Below are positions 25,058-39,445 of a stretch of DNA of 64,000 bases, piece after piece. This DNA comes from Chiloscyllium plagiosum. Its lineage: Eukaryota. How positions within the stretch are numbered: the first letter of the stretch is position 1; each line of letters opens with the position of its first letter. Location: NCBI RefSeq assembly GCF_004010195.1, contig NC_057750.1, forward strand, positions 4,944,352 to 5,008,351, read 5' to 3'. The notes beneath the pieces are model-generated. The model ran no database searches. It saw only the letters and a program-made list of their open reading frames with translations, and had not been told where the DNA came from. Made by a program: the position numbers and the translations under genes.

Positions 25058-26466
25058 CTGGACGGAGACAAGGGGAGAGATTGGTTCAGAGTAACAGTCA
25101 AAGAATACCTCCCTTCACTTTGATGATCTTTCATATCCTTGTCAAAGCCGGAGGGAGTTCAGAAGAGATTTACCAGGACGATGCAGGGAATGGAAGGTTT
25201 GAGGTCTAAGGAGATGCTGGGACTTGTTTCACTGGAACGTAGGAGGTTGAGAGGCGACCTTACAGAGATTTATAAAATAATGAGGTATAGATAGAGTTAA
25301 TGGTAGCTGTCTTTTCCCTAGAGTGGGGGATTTCAAGGCTAGGGGAACATTGTTAAAGGTGAGAGGAGACAGACTTAAAAAAAGAAACGATTGGTAATTT
25401 TTTTACCAAGAGGGTGGTTCCTGTGTGGAATCAACTTCCTGCGTGATGGATGTGGGTACAGTTACAAGGTTTAAAAGACATTTGGATAAGTTCAGGAAGA
25501 GGAAAGGTTTGGAGGGATATGGGCCAAGTGCAAGAAGGTGGGTCCAGTTTAGTTTGAGATTATGGTCGGCATGGATTGGTTGGACCAAAAGGTCTGTTTC
25601 CGTGCTGGATGACTCTATGAGTGTCGCTGGACTAGACCAACACTTGGATCCAGACCCTAATCACCTTAAACTGAGTGTCTTGCTTGGGCCATTTCAAAGG
25701 GCGGGTAAGAGTCAGTCTGCACACCTGGAGTTACATGTAGGCCAGACCACGTAATAACGGCAGATTTCCTTATTAAAGGACAAAGAATGGCTGACCTCTA
25801 GTTTCTGTGCATCCATTGGTGTGGGTCCGGAGTCACATGTAGGTCACCTGATGCTTGTGGTTTCAAATAAACCTGTTGGACTATAACCTGGTGTCCTGTA
25901 ACTTCTGACCTTGTCTACCCCAGTCCGACTCTGGCACCTCCACATCATAGAGATAGAGACTCACACAAAGAGATAAACAGGGAGGGAAGAAGCCTGGTAG
26001 ATAGAGATGCACGCAGAGAGACTCAGAAAACAGTATACATGTAGAGACAGAATTAGAGATAGGTACTGTTAGAAAGGTGTACAAACTGACAGATAATTAA
26101 AGTCACAGAGAGAGATTTCAGAGAGAGGTGCACAGAAGGTTAGGGAGAGAGAGAAAGAGAGATGTACACAGAGACAGATTAACAGAGAAAGAGAGATGTA
26201 CACAGAGACAGACTAACAGAGAAAGAAAGATGTACACAGAGTTAAGAGATATTCACACAGAGGGAGACAAGTGGATGGAGACACACAGGGGGAATCTAGT
26301 AAAATGGGAATGGTTGTGCTGACCTGGACTCATTGTATACATTCAAATGAGAACTCTACCAGCAACAGTTTCTGTCAATGTTCAATAAGAGAGAGAGGAG
26401 GGGAGCGAGAAAAGGAGAGAGAAGAGGGGGAAGGAGTGAAAGGGGAGAAAAGGAGAAAGGGGAAGG

Positions 26467-27151
26467 NNNNNNNNNNNNNNNNNNNNNNNNNNNNNNNNNN
26501 NNNNNNNNNNNNNNNNNNNNNNNNNNNNNNNNNNNNNNNNNNNNNNNNNNNNNNNNNNNNNNNNNNNNNNNNNNNNNNNNNNNNNNNNNNNNNNNNNNNN
26601 NNNNNNNNNNNNNNNNNNNNNNNNNNNNNNNNNNNNNNNNNNNNNNNNNNNNNNNNNNNNNNNNNNNNNNNNNNNNNNNNNNNNNNNNNNNNNNNNNNNN
26701 NNNNNNNNNNNNNNNNNNNNNNNNNNNNNNNNNNNNNNNNNNNNNNNNNNNNNNNNNNNNNNNNNNNNNNNNNNNNNNNNNNNNNNNNNNNNNNNNNNNN
26801 NNNNNNNNNNNNNNNNNNNNNNNNNNNNNNNNNNNNNNNNNNNNNNNNNNNNNNNNNNNNNNNNNNNNNNNNNNNNNNNNNNNNNNNNNNNNNNNNNNNN
26901 NNNNNNNNNNNNNNNNNNNNNNNNNNNNNNNNNNNNNNNNNNNNNNNNNNNNNNNNNNNNNNNNNNNNNNNNNNNNNNNNNNNNNNNNNNNNNNNNNNNN
27001 NNNNNNNNNNNNNNNNNNNNNNNNNNNNNNNNNNNNNNNNNNNNNNNNNNNNNNNNNNNNNNNNNNNNNNNNNNNNNNNNNNNNNNNNNNNNNNNNNNNN
27101 NNNNNNNNNNNNNNNNNNNNNNNNNNNNNNNNNNNNNNNNNNNNNNNNNNN
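26467..27151. other. Assembly gap (685 N) in purine-rich low-complexity sequence
   Basis: Run of N. Confidence 1.
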
Positions 27152-27431
27152 GAGGGGACAGTAGGAAAGGAGTGAAAGGGAGATGGAGGAAGGAAGGAGG
27201 CTGATGGAGAAAGGTGAGGGAAGGTGCGAGGAAAAAGACTGATAAAGGGAACGGGGCTGAAGAGGAGGGAAAAGAGAGGAGTGAAGGAACGTGAAAGAGA
27301 GGTGGAACTCTTTCCAATAACGAGACTGCGGAGGCGAGAGTAATGAGGTGGAAACAGAAAGCAGGAAATGAGCTTGTATGAAAGGAAATTAACCGAGTGA
27401 AGATGAAAGGAGTCACATCAGAGAAACTCAC

Positions 27432-27523
27432 TCATGCCCAGTGCTGAGATCTGCTCCAGATGCTCCTTGCTGTTTGCATGTAAGATGGCTGCAGGTAGTT
27501 GGAGCCGAAAAGGCAGGATATCC
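27432..27523 (-). CDS. RINL: RINL exon, end of SH2 (DILPFRLQLPAAILHANSKEHLEQISALGM)
   Basis: Acceptor cactcgacag|G, donor ATGA|gtgagt. 92 nt, phases 2 to 1. Resembles RIN 'RDVLPFTLKLP.AI..A.S...LE.LA..G'. Confidence 0.9.
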
Positions 27524-28784
27524 CTGTCGAGTGGGACAGTGTTAGCATGGGAACAGCACTAAGCAGTGACAATTCTCACAGTTCCTTATTTCACCCTGAC
27601 CTTCCTGTTTAACATGTTGCAATTACAAATGTGTAAAACACAGGGTCCTGTTTCTTTTTCACATTGTCCGAAGCCTCTTTCGCATGAGAGAGATCGAAGT
27701 GGTTCGATATTGCACATTTTGAGGTTCCTTGCCATCTCCATGTCACGCCTTCTGCTGGGGTTGGGAGCATGAGCGAGACACCCACTTTGAGAAAATCAGC
27801 CACAGTCATTTCCTGGAGGACAGGTGACTGTTTTTAACTAAGCTTGAGCAGCATTTATAACAGAGTATCTGAGATCATTGTGTAAGAAGTAGAGGAGAGA
27901 GAAAGAGAGGGAGATGAAATTATTTTTTGTCTAAATGCAGTGAGCCTTTAGGATTGGGAACACCAAGTCTTGTTGCAACATTCAAAGGGGAGGTCCTATG
28001 GGGTAAGAGCAGGTGATGCGGAGGCTTTGGAGAGGATGCAGGATGCTGCCTGGAATAACAGGGTATGAGCTACTAGCAAAGGCTTGAAAAACCTGGGATG
28101 TTTTCTCTGGAGGCTGAGGGGAGACACGATAGAAGTCTATAAAATTATGCGATGCAGAGATAGGGTTGATGGTCAGAACCTTTTTTTTCCCAGAGTTGAA
28201 ATGACTAATACTAGGGGGCATTCATTGAAGGTGAGAGGAGGAAAGGTTAAAGGAGATGTGAGGAGCTAATGTTTTTCCCCAGAGAGTGGTAGAAGTGTGG
28301 AACACGCTGTGAGGGGGTGCTGGTGGAGGCTGAGACAATAGGGGCGTTTAAGGGAGTTTTAGATGAGCATGGAATGGAGGGAAATGGACAGAAGGGATTA
28401 GTTTAATTTGGCGTCATATTCAGCACAGCATGATGGGCCATAGGGCCTCTTCCTGTGCTACCCTACGGTCTATGGAAGGGAGTGGCTCCTTTCGACATGG
28501 TCAGGCTTTGGCAGTTTGCCGGGGCCACGTGACTTTCTAGACAACTACTCAGGACCTTTAAAGGTCAACAGCTCCGTGGGTCAGGAGTCACGTATATTTG
28601 TTTCATTTTGAAAATATTTATAAAAAATCACTTCGGTACACTCTTTGTTTATGGAGAACAAGCAAACATTGAAGTTTGACTTTCCCCAATAACCCAAGGC
28701 ATTTCTTACTTATGTAAGATACCATTTCCATGTATTTGAGGCATCGGGAGGGTCCAATAACTGAATGGGCCCCCATTATAGTTT

Positions 28785-29087
28785 GGGCGGCACAGTGGTT
28801 CAGTGGTTAGCACTACTGCCTCACAGTGCCGGGGACCCGGGTTCAATTCCCGCCTCAGGCGACTGACTGTGTGGAGTTTGCACATTCTCCCCGTGTCTGT
28901 GTGGGTTTGCTCTGGTTTCCTCCCACAGTCACAAAGATGTGCAGGTCAGGGTGAATTGGCCATGCTAAATTGCCCGTAGTGTTAGGTGTAGGGGAATGGG
29001 TCTGGGTGGGTTGCGCTCTGGCAGGTTGGTGTGGACTTGTTGGGCCGAAGGGCCTGTTTCCACACTGTAGGGAATCTAATCTAATCT
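28785..29087 (+). mobile_element. HE1-type V-SINE, full length
   Basis: gggcggcacagtgg head, A/B boxes, V core, (aatct)n tail. Confidence 0.9.
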
Positions 29088-29230
29088 TAGATGGTGGTCA
29101 TTCCCCACTGCGCCTTGGCAGCAGCTTTATGCGTCCCTCAGCATGTAGTCCTGGACCTTGGGATGCTCCAGTCTGTGTCACTCAGTCACGGTCAACTCCT
29201 TGCCCTGGAAGACCAATAAGTTTCTGGCAG
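29085..29230 (-). mobile_element. L1/Tx1-like LINE ORF2 C-terminal remnant; its 3'UTR (~28590-28785) is interrupted by a SINE
   Basis: Minus strand reads HPKVQDYMLRDA*...AAAKAQWGMTTI*, followed by AT-rich UTR-like sequence. Confidence 0.55.
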
Positions 29231-30120
29231 AGCAAAGAGTTGATGGGCGTTGAAATGCCCATCAGCCATGATTGAACGGCGGAGTGCACTCAATGGGCCA
29301 AATGGCCTTACTTCCACCCCTATGGTCCTCCAGGGTCAGTCGATGTTTGTCTCGGTGTGCATCCTGGGGAGCAGACTGCAGAGCACGGACTCGCGCATTA
29401 TGGAGCTGCTCAGGACGGACCTCAACAAAAAAAAAGACACTACATCTCTCTGCGAACTTCCTTTGCAAAGGCATGTTCCAGAAGGACGTCTGCTTTACAG
29501 TTTTTATTGCGAGGCATAATTTTAAATCCAGGTCTAAAATTTTACAAGGAGCTGCTGCTTACTGGTAACCCTATCAGCAGCAAATGTAGGCGAAAACCAG
29601 GCTGCTTGAGGATCCGAGACCTACAGCCAGGAGCAGCCTGAGGCCTACAGCCAGGTGCAGCATGAGGCCTGGAGTCGTTTCCCTGCTTTCTCCCTCTATC
29701 CCATGCACGTTGAGTTCCATCCAATTTCCTTTGGAAATCATTCACTGTCTCCGCTTTGAGCAACTTTAGAAGCAATAAGTTCCAGGCCACGACCCCTCTC
29801 TGTGCAAAGAATAGTGTTCCTCATTTTGATAGATGCAGATGGGATGGGATGAAAGGTCTTATTCTGTGCTGTGCTGTAGGTCTGTAAAACTATGATTTAC
29901 AAGATTCATCCAATTCATCTTCCTCCTGTACCTCCCAAAAGTTTAACTCTGTGTCCCCCAAGTCTTTGTAATATCAGTGAACGGGGACAATCATTCCTCA
30001 TCTACCTGCTCCATACCTGCTTATGTACCTGGGTCAAATTTTCTCTCCACGTCCCTTGCTCCAAGGAGAAATCTTATTATTTCAGTGACACCACTGTGGA
30101 CATTTTGAACGGTCTCTTAC

Positions 30121-30193
30121 CTGCTCACACAGTAATATGCGATCATTTGAAATAGACTGCTGAATCCCAGATAGGAGTGTTCCAGAGATAAAA
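30121..30193 (-). CDS. RINL: RINL exon, SH2 (VLSLEHSYLGFSSLFQMIAYYCVSR)
   Basis: Acceptor tttcttgcag|T, donor GCAG|gtaaga. 73 nt, phases 1 to 2. Resembles RIN2 'FSLEGSGISFADLFRLIAFYCISR'. Confidence 0.9.
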
Positions 30194-33100
30194 CTGCAAG
30201 AAATACAATTAAATGAAGATATAATTCTCGGTTGCCGAAATCAAATGGTTACTCTGATAAGATCAAATCTCCCCTAACTCAACCGTAAATCACAAGAACA
30301 CAAGAGGTTGGAAACTCTCCAAATACATGTCCCCGTCCCCTCCCTGTAACCCTAAATGTTCCTCCTTTTCAGATAATGAGCCAATTCCCTCTTTAAAGCC
30401 TTCTTCATAGAGTCCATAGAATCTATAGATTCCCTACAGTGCGGAAACAGGCCATTCGGTCCAACAAGTCCACACTGACTCTCCAAAGAGTAATCCACCC
30501 TGACCCATTCTCCTACAATTATCTAACTAATACATCTAACCTACAAATCCCTGAACACTGTGGACAATTTAGCATGGAATTTTGTACAGACTCTTCAGTC
30601 CAACTCGTCCATGCCAACCAGATATCCTAACCTAATCTAGTTCCATTTGCCAGCTATTGGCCCATATCCCTCTAAACTCTTCCTGATCATGTACCCATCC
30701 AGATGCCTTTTAAATGTTGTAATTGTACCAGCCTCCACCACTTCCTCTGGCAGCTCATTCCATATACACACCAAATCTTTCCCCTCTCACCCTAAACCTA
30801 TGCCCTCTAGTTCTGGACTCCCCCACCCCAGGGAAAATACCTTGTCTATTTATCCTATCCATGCCCCTGTTGATTTTATAAACCTCGATAAGGTGATAAT
30901 CTCCAGCAGCATATTCTAGACCCTGACCATGTTGAGGACGTCTTTTCCTCCTAATGTGTTTGCTCCCTTTGCCAAACACTTTAGAGTGATCCTTCCACCA
31001 GTGGGATCAGTTTGCCCTGGTTGACCCTGTTCAGTCCAGGTGAGCCATCTAAACACCTCAATTAAATTCTATCCTGCTTGTTAAGACTTTGCTATTATTC
31101 TCAACGAATCACCTCTATTATTGTAGAAACCATATAATCCCTGCAGCACTGCTGGAAGCCATTTGGCCCATCAAGTCTGCACTGGCCCTCCGAAGACCAC
31201 ATCCTACCCTACCCTGTAGCCCCGCATTTCCCATGGCTAACCCACCAAGCCTGTACATCCCTGGATACTATGGGACAATTTAGCATGGCCAATCCATCTA
31301 ACCTGCACATCCCTGGACACTACGGGGCAATTCCCATGGCCATTCCACCCTGACCTGCACATCTTTGGACTGTGGGAGGAAACCGGAGCACCCGGAGGAA
31401 ACCCACGCAGACACGGGGAGAATGTGTAAACTCCACACAGTCGCCCGAGGTTGGAATCGAACCCGGGTCCCTGGCACTGTGAGGCAGCAGTGCTAACCAC
31501 CGAGCCACCCAGGTCTCTCCAGACTTCGAGCACCTCGATCAGAACTCCCACCCCAGTTATACCCTCTTCCACTGTTGGGCAGAAAATATAAATGTTTGAG
31601 TACATGTACAAACAGATTCAAGAACAGCTTCTTCCTCTCTGTTATTAGACTTTAGTATGGATCTCTCAAATGTTAATGTGTGTTCTCAGTGGCTGTAACA
31701 CTGTATCCTACACTCTGTTCTGTTACCTTGTTGCACTTGTATGGTACAATCTGCTTGTTAAAGCACGTGTGACACACTTTTCACTGTATTTCGGCACACG
31801 TGACACCAATAAATCAAATCAAATCAAATCCCCTCTCTGAGAAAAACAGCCCCTAATTCCCCAATCCATCCGCATCCACAAAGTTTCTGATCCATGGGAT
31901 TGTAATGAAGCAGCTACATTAAAAACTTCAAGCGAACTGCCTTAGTTCCCCTGCTGCCCTCCTTGTGAGTGAGTTACACACAAACTGTACGTCAGAAAGC
32001 AGAGGGCAAGAAATCATCACCTTTACGTGTTAGACACAATACACACACAGAGGTGCTAACTTGTGAGTCAGAGAGTCATACAGCACGGAAACAGACCCTT
32101 CGGCCCAACCAGTCCATGCCGACCATAATCCCAAACTCAACTAGTCCCACCTGCCTGCTCCCGGCCTATATCCCTCCAAACGTTTCCTATACATGAACTT
32201 ATCTAAATATCTTTTAAACGCTGTAACTGTACCCACTCCCACCACTTCCTCAGGAAGTTCATTCCACACATGAACCTTTGCCTTTTATGTCATTTTTAAA
32301 TCTCTCTTCTCTCCCCTTAAAGATGTGCCCCCTACTCCTGAAATCCTCCATACTAGGGGAAAGATACCTACCATCAACTCTATCGATACCCCTCATTATT
32401 TTATAAACCTCTATAAGGTCACCTCTCAACCTCCTAAGATCTAGTGAAAACATTCCCAGCCTTTCTTTATAACTCAAATCTTCCATACCCAGCAACGTCC
32501 TGGTAAATCTCTTCTGAACCTTCTCCAGTTTAATAATATCCTTCCTATAACTGGGTGACCAGAGCAGAGACCTGCGTTTATGTAGCGCCTTCCACATCCC
32601 CAGGACACACCAAAGCCTTTTGCAGCCAATGAAGTGTAAGTGGTAAAAAGTTAAGTCTCTTTCGCCTCTCATTCCAGAGAGAGGGAGGATGGGCGATGGG
32701 TTAGCCTGGGAGTCACCATGCCCCAGGTGAGGGCAAAGATTGGGAAGGTGGGACCCACAGGGTAACTTCAGACAGTGTGGGAATCCAACCCATTACTGTT
32801 GGTACCACATACCAGCCGTCCAGCCAACTGACCCCAGAGCAGAGGTCATTTCATGAAAGATGGCTGGCCAGGCCAAAGGTGGCAATATCATTGGGGTAAT
32901 AATTCTGGAGCAGGGGGTTCAAATCCCAACATGCTAACTATTGGAAATTGGATCCAGTTGTTCATATATCTGAAATAGAAAGGGGGGTCTCAATAATAGG
33001 AGCAGGACAATTTGCAAACTCCCTTCAGTTGATAATGTGAAGCTAAAATCATTGGAGAACCAAGGAGATGCGCTGTATTAGAGAGACAGCTAGTGGTGAG

Positions 33101-35149
33101 TTTAACCTTTTTTCATTCACTGGTAGGATGTGGTCAGTTTTTACTGCCCATCCCTAATTGCCCCCTTGAGAAGGTGGGGGTGAGCTGCCTTCTTGAACCG
33201 TTGCAGTCCAGCTGCTGTGGGTGGACCCACAATGCCCTTAGGGAGGGAATTCCAAGATTCTAGATTTCTGGAGGAACGGTGATATATTTCCAAGTCAGGA
33301 TGGTGAGTGGAGGGGAACTTGCAGGGGGTGGTGTTCCCATGTATCTGCTGCCCCTTGTCCTTCTAGATGGAAGTGACTGTGGGTTTGGAAGGTGCTGTCT
33401 GAGGGTCTTTGGTGAATCTGAAGGTCAGGCAAGGTTGAGAAAGAGTAACCGTCACGGTGACCTCAGTCAACGCTGGAATTGTTACCCACGCTGTTGGTGT
33501 CACTGCATCGTAAACTAGTCAGAGAGCCACACAACACGGAAACAGACCCTTCCGTCCAACTCATCCATGCTGACCAGATGTTCTAAATTCATCTCGTCTC
33601 ATTTGCCAGCATTTAGCCCATATCCCTTTAAATCCATCCAGGTGCCTTTTAAATGTTGCAATTGTACCAGCCTCCACCACTTCCTCTGGCAGCTCATTCC
33701 ATACACCCACCACCCTCTGTGTGAAAAAGTTGCCCCTCAGGTCCCTTTATGTCTTTCCCCTCTCACCTTAAACCTATGTCCTCTAGTTTTGGATTCCCCA
33801 ACTCTGGGAGAAAGACCTTGGCTACTCATCCTATCCATGCCCCTCACATCTTGTAAACCTCCATGAGGTTGCCCCTCAGCCTCTGACACTCCAGAGAAAA
33901 TAGCCCCAGTCTATTCAGCCTCTCCCTATAGCTCTTTTCCTCTAACGCAGCAACGTCCTGAAAATCTTTTCTGCATTCTTGCAAGTTTAGCAGCATCTTT
34001 CCCATAACAGGGAGACCAAAATTGAATGCAGTATTCAAACAGTGGCCAAATCTTTGTCCTGTACAATGTCCTGTACAGCCACAGCATGACCTCTAAACCC
34101 CTATACTCAATGCACTGACCACAGTTATTCAGCCCACAAGACAGTCTAATGTCAGTTGGGGATAATTATTAGGCTCTTGGATGAACTCTTTCTGGTTGTC
34201 TTTCAATTATGGCTGATTGTGATTTTTTTGTTGGATAGTTGTATGTGCCTAAAAGGTGACTTGGGGTCTCAGTGTCTGAAAGACGGTTTCTGTGACACTG
34301 CAGCACCCCCTCAGTACAGACTCAAAGTCTCTGGGACTACCCACTGAGCCCTGGTTTGAGATTGAGACGAACCCATGGTTTGAGTAAATTGTTACAGAAA
34401 CAGACTCAGCAGGTCAGGCAGCACCCAAGGAGCAGGAGAATCGATGTTTTGGGCCAGAGCCCACTTTCTCCAATTCTGATCCAGTGACCCTTATTTAGAA
34501 CTGAGTTTTGAATCTAAGAATCTTAGCCGTTCTGAAGCAGGGTCACTCGATCCGAGACATTAACTCTGCTTTCTCTCTCCACAGCTGCTGAGCTTCTCCA
34601 GCAATCTCTGCTTTCATTTGTTTTTAAGTGTAACCTATCTACGATAGTGAGTAGAGTGGGTTCTTTTTGGATTAAATGTTTTATTGAGATCTGTCTCTTG
34701 ATTACATTTTTAAAATATAAAACAGAGGTAGGAAGTGGTGGAGGCTGGTACAATTACAGCATTTAAAAGGCATCTGGATGGGTACATGAATAGGAAGGGT
34801 TTAGAGGGATATGGGCCAAGTGCTAGCAAATGGGACTAGATTAGTTGAGGAGGATATTAAACTAGAGAGAGCAGGAGAAATTTACAAGGATGTTGCTGGA
34901 TTCAAGGGTCTGAGTTATAGGGAGAGGTTGGACAAGTTAGGACTTCTTTGTTTAGAGTGTATGAGATTGAGGGGGGTCCTAGGAGGTGTATAAGATCATG
35001 AGAGGCTTGAATATGGTGAATGCACTCAGTCTTTTTCCCAGGGTTGAGGAAGCAAGGACGAGAGGTCATCAGTTTAAGGTTAGAGGGGTAAGAATAAAAG
35101 GGATCCTGAGGGGCAACTTTTTAACACAGAGGGTAGTACGCATATGGAA

Positions 35150-35477
35150 TAAGATTAGATTAGATTACATTACATTACAGTGTGGAAACAGGCCCTTCGG
35201 CCCAACAAGTCCACACCGACCCGCCGAAGTGAAACCCACCCATATCCCTACATTTACCCCTTCACCTAACACTACGGGCAATTTAGCATGGCAAATTCAC
35301 CTGACCCTGCACATCTTTTGGACTGTGGGAGGAAACCGGAGCACCCGGAGGAAACCCACGCAGACACGGGGAGAACGTGCAAACTCCACACAGTCAGTCG
35401 CCTGAGGCGGGAATTGAACCCGGGTCTCAGGCGCTGTGAGGCAGCAGTGCTAACCACTGTGCCACCGTGCCGCCCAC
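35150..35477 (-). mobile_element. HE1-type V-SINE inserted into a CR1 fragment
   Basis: Full head, core and tail; gaataag / aataag flanks look like a TSD; CR1 sequence resumes on both sides. Confidence 0.9.
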
Positions 35478-38400
35478 AAATAATAAGCTGCTAGTGGAAG
35501 TGGTTGAGGTGGGTACATTAACAATGTTTAAAAGGCATTTGTACCAATACATGGATAGGAAAGGTTTAGAGGGATATAGGCCAAGTGCAGGGAAATGGGG
35601 TTAGTGTGGACAGACATTTTGGTCAGCGTGAACCGGTTAGGGCCAAAGGGCCTGTCTCTATGCTGTAGAACTCTATGACTATGTGATGTCTGGTCAGCAT
35701 GGACGAATTGGACCTAAGGGTCTGTCTCTGTGCTCTACATCTCTATGACTCTAAGTGCCGTCCTTTGAGTTTTATTTAATGAGTAAATTTTTTTCCCCTT
35801 TGTCAGTAGGATTCGAGAACAGCGATGAGGAAAGTCAGCGATGACTGAATGGAAAAGACAGACCAGAAATGGTGCACTGACAGAGTAAACAAAACTGAGC
35901 TCATATCCACCCTCCCTTCATCCACAAGTCACCGAATCACTTGTGGAAAGAGTGGAGAGAATCTTTCCACCAGGCTGACATTTGAGGCAATCTTTCCCCT
36001 CCCAGCGGGGGATGAAATTCAATCAGTTTCCGAGACATTAACAAAACTGAAAGCAACAGAAAAATGTCAAAATTCTGATGCAGCATAATTCCGTTGAAAC
36101 AGCAGCACGGTAAAATGCCATATTTTGTTTATTCAATGAATGCGGATGTCTCTGGCTCGGCCAGCATTTATTGCCCAGGCCCTAATTGCCCCAGAGGGCA
36201 GTTAAGAGTCAACCCCATCGCTGTTGGTCTGGAGTTACGTATAGGCCCAGACCAGGTAAGGATGGCAGTTTCCTTCCCTAAAGGAGATTAGTGACCCAGA
36301 TGGGATTTTCCAACAATGGATACATGGTCATCATTGTTGAGATTTGTAGCTCAGGTTGAGGTTCTCGATGTAGGTTTGCTCGCTGAGCTGGAAGGTTCGT
36401 TTCCAGACATTTCGTCACCATCTAGGTAGGAATTTCTTCAGCCAGAGGGTGGAGAATCTGTGGAGCCCATTGCCACAAAGGGCTGTAGAGGTCAAGTCAT
36501 TGAGTGTATTTAAGATAAAGATAGATAGGTTGTTGATTGTAGAATAAATTAGAAGGTTCATTTCCAGACGTTTCATCACCCTACTAGGCAACATTTTCCT
36601 TCCAACTCAGCGAGCAAACCTACACCCATGGTTATCATTAGACTCTTAATTCCAGATTTTTATTGAATTTATATTCTGCTGTTGTGGGATTCGAACCCAG
36701 TTTCCCCAGAACATTAGCTTGGTGTCTGGATTAACAACCCAGTGATAATACCACTAGGCCAGCACTTCCCCTGCCCCTCATGGTCTTTATGGCTGGAGTG
36801 ATTGGAGTTTAAAAATAGAAACGTCTCTTACTGTACAGGGTGTTGGTGAGGCCATACGTGGAGAACTAGGGATCAGAGGGATATGGTAAAAACAAGGACT
36901 GCAGATGCTGGAAACCAGAGTCTAGATTAGAGTGGTGCTGGAAAAGCACAGCAGGTCAGGCAGCATCCGAGGAGCAGGATAAAAAGGGAAATCTTTGTTT
37001 CCAAAAGCAAATGCTATTTTTTTTATTGCTTTTTTTCTTTTGCTTTTGTTCAATACATTTTCAAAATTTTGAAGTCAATCGAACAAGTGATGCTCCAACA
37101 GTGAACAATAACAATGAAATTCATTGCTATACTCAGCGCAGGGAAAAGTAATACTTAGACGGAATTCCAACATTGTGTGGCGCTAGGGACAGGTAGCCTA
37201 TAGAGCTTCAGTCTACCAGCCACAGTTACAATGACAGTCAATCAGAAAGGCGATGAGTGAGTTAGCAACACATAGATGAATGGAAGCTCCTATTTCCAAT
37301 GATGTATCACCTCTGTTCCCTCAGAAGCTTTTTAGTGTCAGCTCTCTAGACTTTAAATATGGCACCAAAAGCCACTAATGGTCCCAGCAGTGGCTGAGGA
37401 GTTGATTTGCATAATTAACCAGAGAACAATGTGAAATACACTTGTCAGGAAAAATAGTGGCTTTTCAAGATCCGTGTTTAACCAAGCATCCGCTGCTCCT
37501 GTGAAATTGGGGTACCAGTGCAGTGTGACATTAACCACACTGCTATTTTGGCAGAAAATTCCTGCCCGAGACTTAGGAAGTTATTTTTCTAATCAACCTG
37601 TTCAGAGATATTACTACACACCTCTGGAGTAGATGGGATTTGAATCTGGGTCTCTTGTTTCAGGGATAACTACCTCTGAACCACATGAGAGCTCTCCACT
37701 CTGCAGGCACCCTGACTCTATTCCTGATTAAGGGCTTTTGCCCGAAACGTCGATTTTCCTGCTCCTCGGATGCTGCCTGACCTGCTGTGCTTTTCCAGCA
37801 CCACTCTGATCTGGACGTCAGAGGGATATGGGCCAAGTGCTGCCAAATGGGACTAGATCAGTTTAGGATATCTGGTGGGCATTGATGAGTCGGACCGAAG
37901 GGTCTGTTTCCATGCTGTACATCTCAATGACTCGATAACTGTGTACAATTTTGACACTTAAAGAAACGGATGGAGTGGCCTGATGTACCTTTAAAATGGA
38001 GATGGGAAGGAATTTCTTCAGCCAGACGGTGGTGAATCTGTGGAAACCATTGCCACTGAGGGCTGTAGGGGCCAAGTCATTGAGTGTATTTAAGATAAAG
38101 ATAGATAGGTTCTTGATTGCAGAATACACTAGAATCCCTACAGCTGTGGAAACAGGCCATTCGAGTACACACTAACCTTCTGAAGAGCATCTCACCCAGA
38201 CCCACCCCGCGACTCTATCTCTGTAACCCTGCATTTCCTGTGACTAACCCACCGAGCCTGTATGTCTCTGAACACTATGGGCAATTTTCCATGGCCCATC
38301 CACTCTAAGCTGCACATCTTTGTGAGCGTGGGAGGAAACCGGAGCACCCGGAGGAAACCCCACGCAGACACGGGGAGAATGTGCAAACTCCACACAGAGA

Positions 38401-39049
38401 GTCGCCCGAGGCTAGAATTGAACCCAGGTCCCTGGAGCTGTGAAATAAGGGGATCAAGAGTTACTGGGAGAAGGCAGGAGAATGGTGTTGGGAAACACAT
38501 CAGCCAGACCCGAATGGGCCAAATGGCCTAATTCTGCTCCTATATCTTAGGCTTTGGAGGCAGCTCAAAACGTTGATTCCTCGTGTTGATCTATTGAGAA
38601 CTGGATTAGGTTCTTTATTCATTAAAGTTTCCACAAATGAGTGGTGATCTTATTCAAACACACGAGATTCTGAAGAAGGGTGACTGGACCCATATGTTAG
38701 CTCTGTTTTCTCTCCACAAATGCTGCCAGATCTGCTGAATCTCTCCAGCAATATCTGTTTTGGTTTTCAGATTCTGAAGTGGGGGGGGCAGGGAACAGGG
38801 GAGTTGTTAAGAAGATGTTTTCCCTCCTGGGGGGTGGGCAGAGCTGTACCAAGGTCAGCCGGCTGGGTCTCATCGAACGTGGATTCCCTGATGGAGGCCG
38901 TCCAAACTGAGGGAGATCTGGCCGGGTTTGAGAGAGGAATGTCAGAGATATTGAGTTACTTGTCTCAGTGAGAGACCAAAAAAACTGCAAATGTTTGAAC
39001 CCAAGGTAGACAGGCAGGAGGCTGGAAGAACACTTGTGACTAAAGGGTG

Positions 39050-39445
39050 AATGGTAATGCCAATCTGAGGAGATATTTCAGGGGGATTGGTGATGCCAAT
39101 CTGAGGAGTTATTTCGGGGAGATTGGTGATGCCAATCTGAGGAGTTATTTCGGGGGAATTGGTAATGCCAATCTGAGAAGTTATTTCAGGGGGATTGGTG
39201 ATGCCAATCTGAGGAGTTATTTTGGGAGGATTGGTGATGCCAATCTGAGGAGTTATTTCGGGGGAATTGGTGATGCCAATCTGAGGAGTTATTTCAGGGG
39301 GATTGGCAATGCCAATCTGAGAAGTTATTTCAGGGGGATTGGTGATGCCAATCTGAGGAGTCATTTCAGGGAGATTGGTGATGCCAATCTGAGGAGTTAT
39401 TTTGGGGGGATTGGTGATGCCAATCTGAGGTGTTATTTCGGAGGA
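39050..39445. repeat. 36-bp minisatellite, about 11 copies
   Basis: caatctga recurs every 36 nt from 39061 to 39421; unit GGGATTGGTGATGCCAATCTGAGGAGTTATTTCGGG. Confidence 0.95.

Noticed and set aside
26271..27431. Long ORFs across N runs (also 44633-45688 and 57558-58217)
   Set aside because: Artefacts of gaps lacking stop codons.
39050..39445. CRISPR-like array (36-bp palindromic repeat)
   Set aside because: Units are contiguous with no unique spacers, there are no cas genes, and the context is a vertebrate intron.
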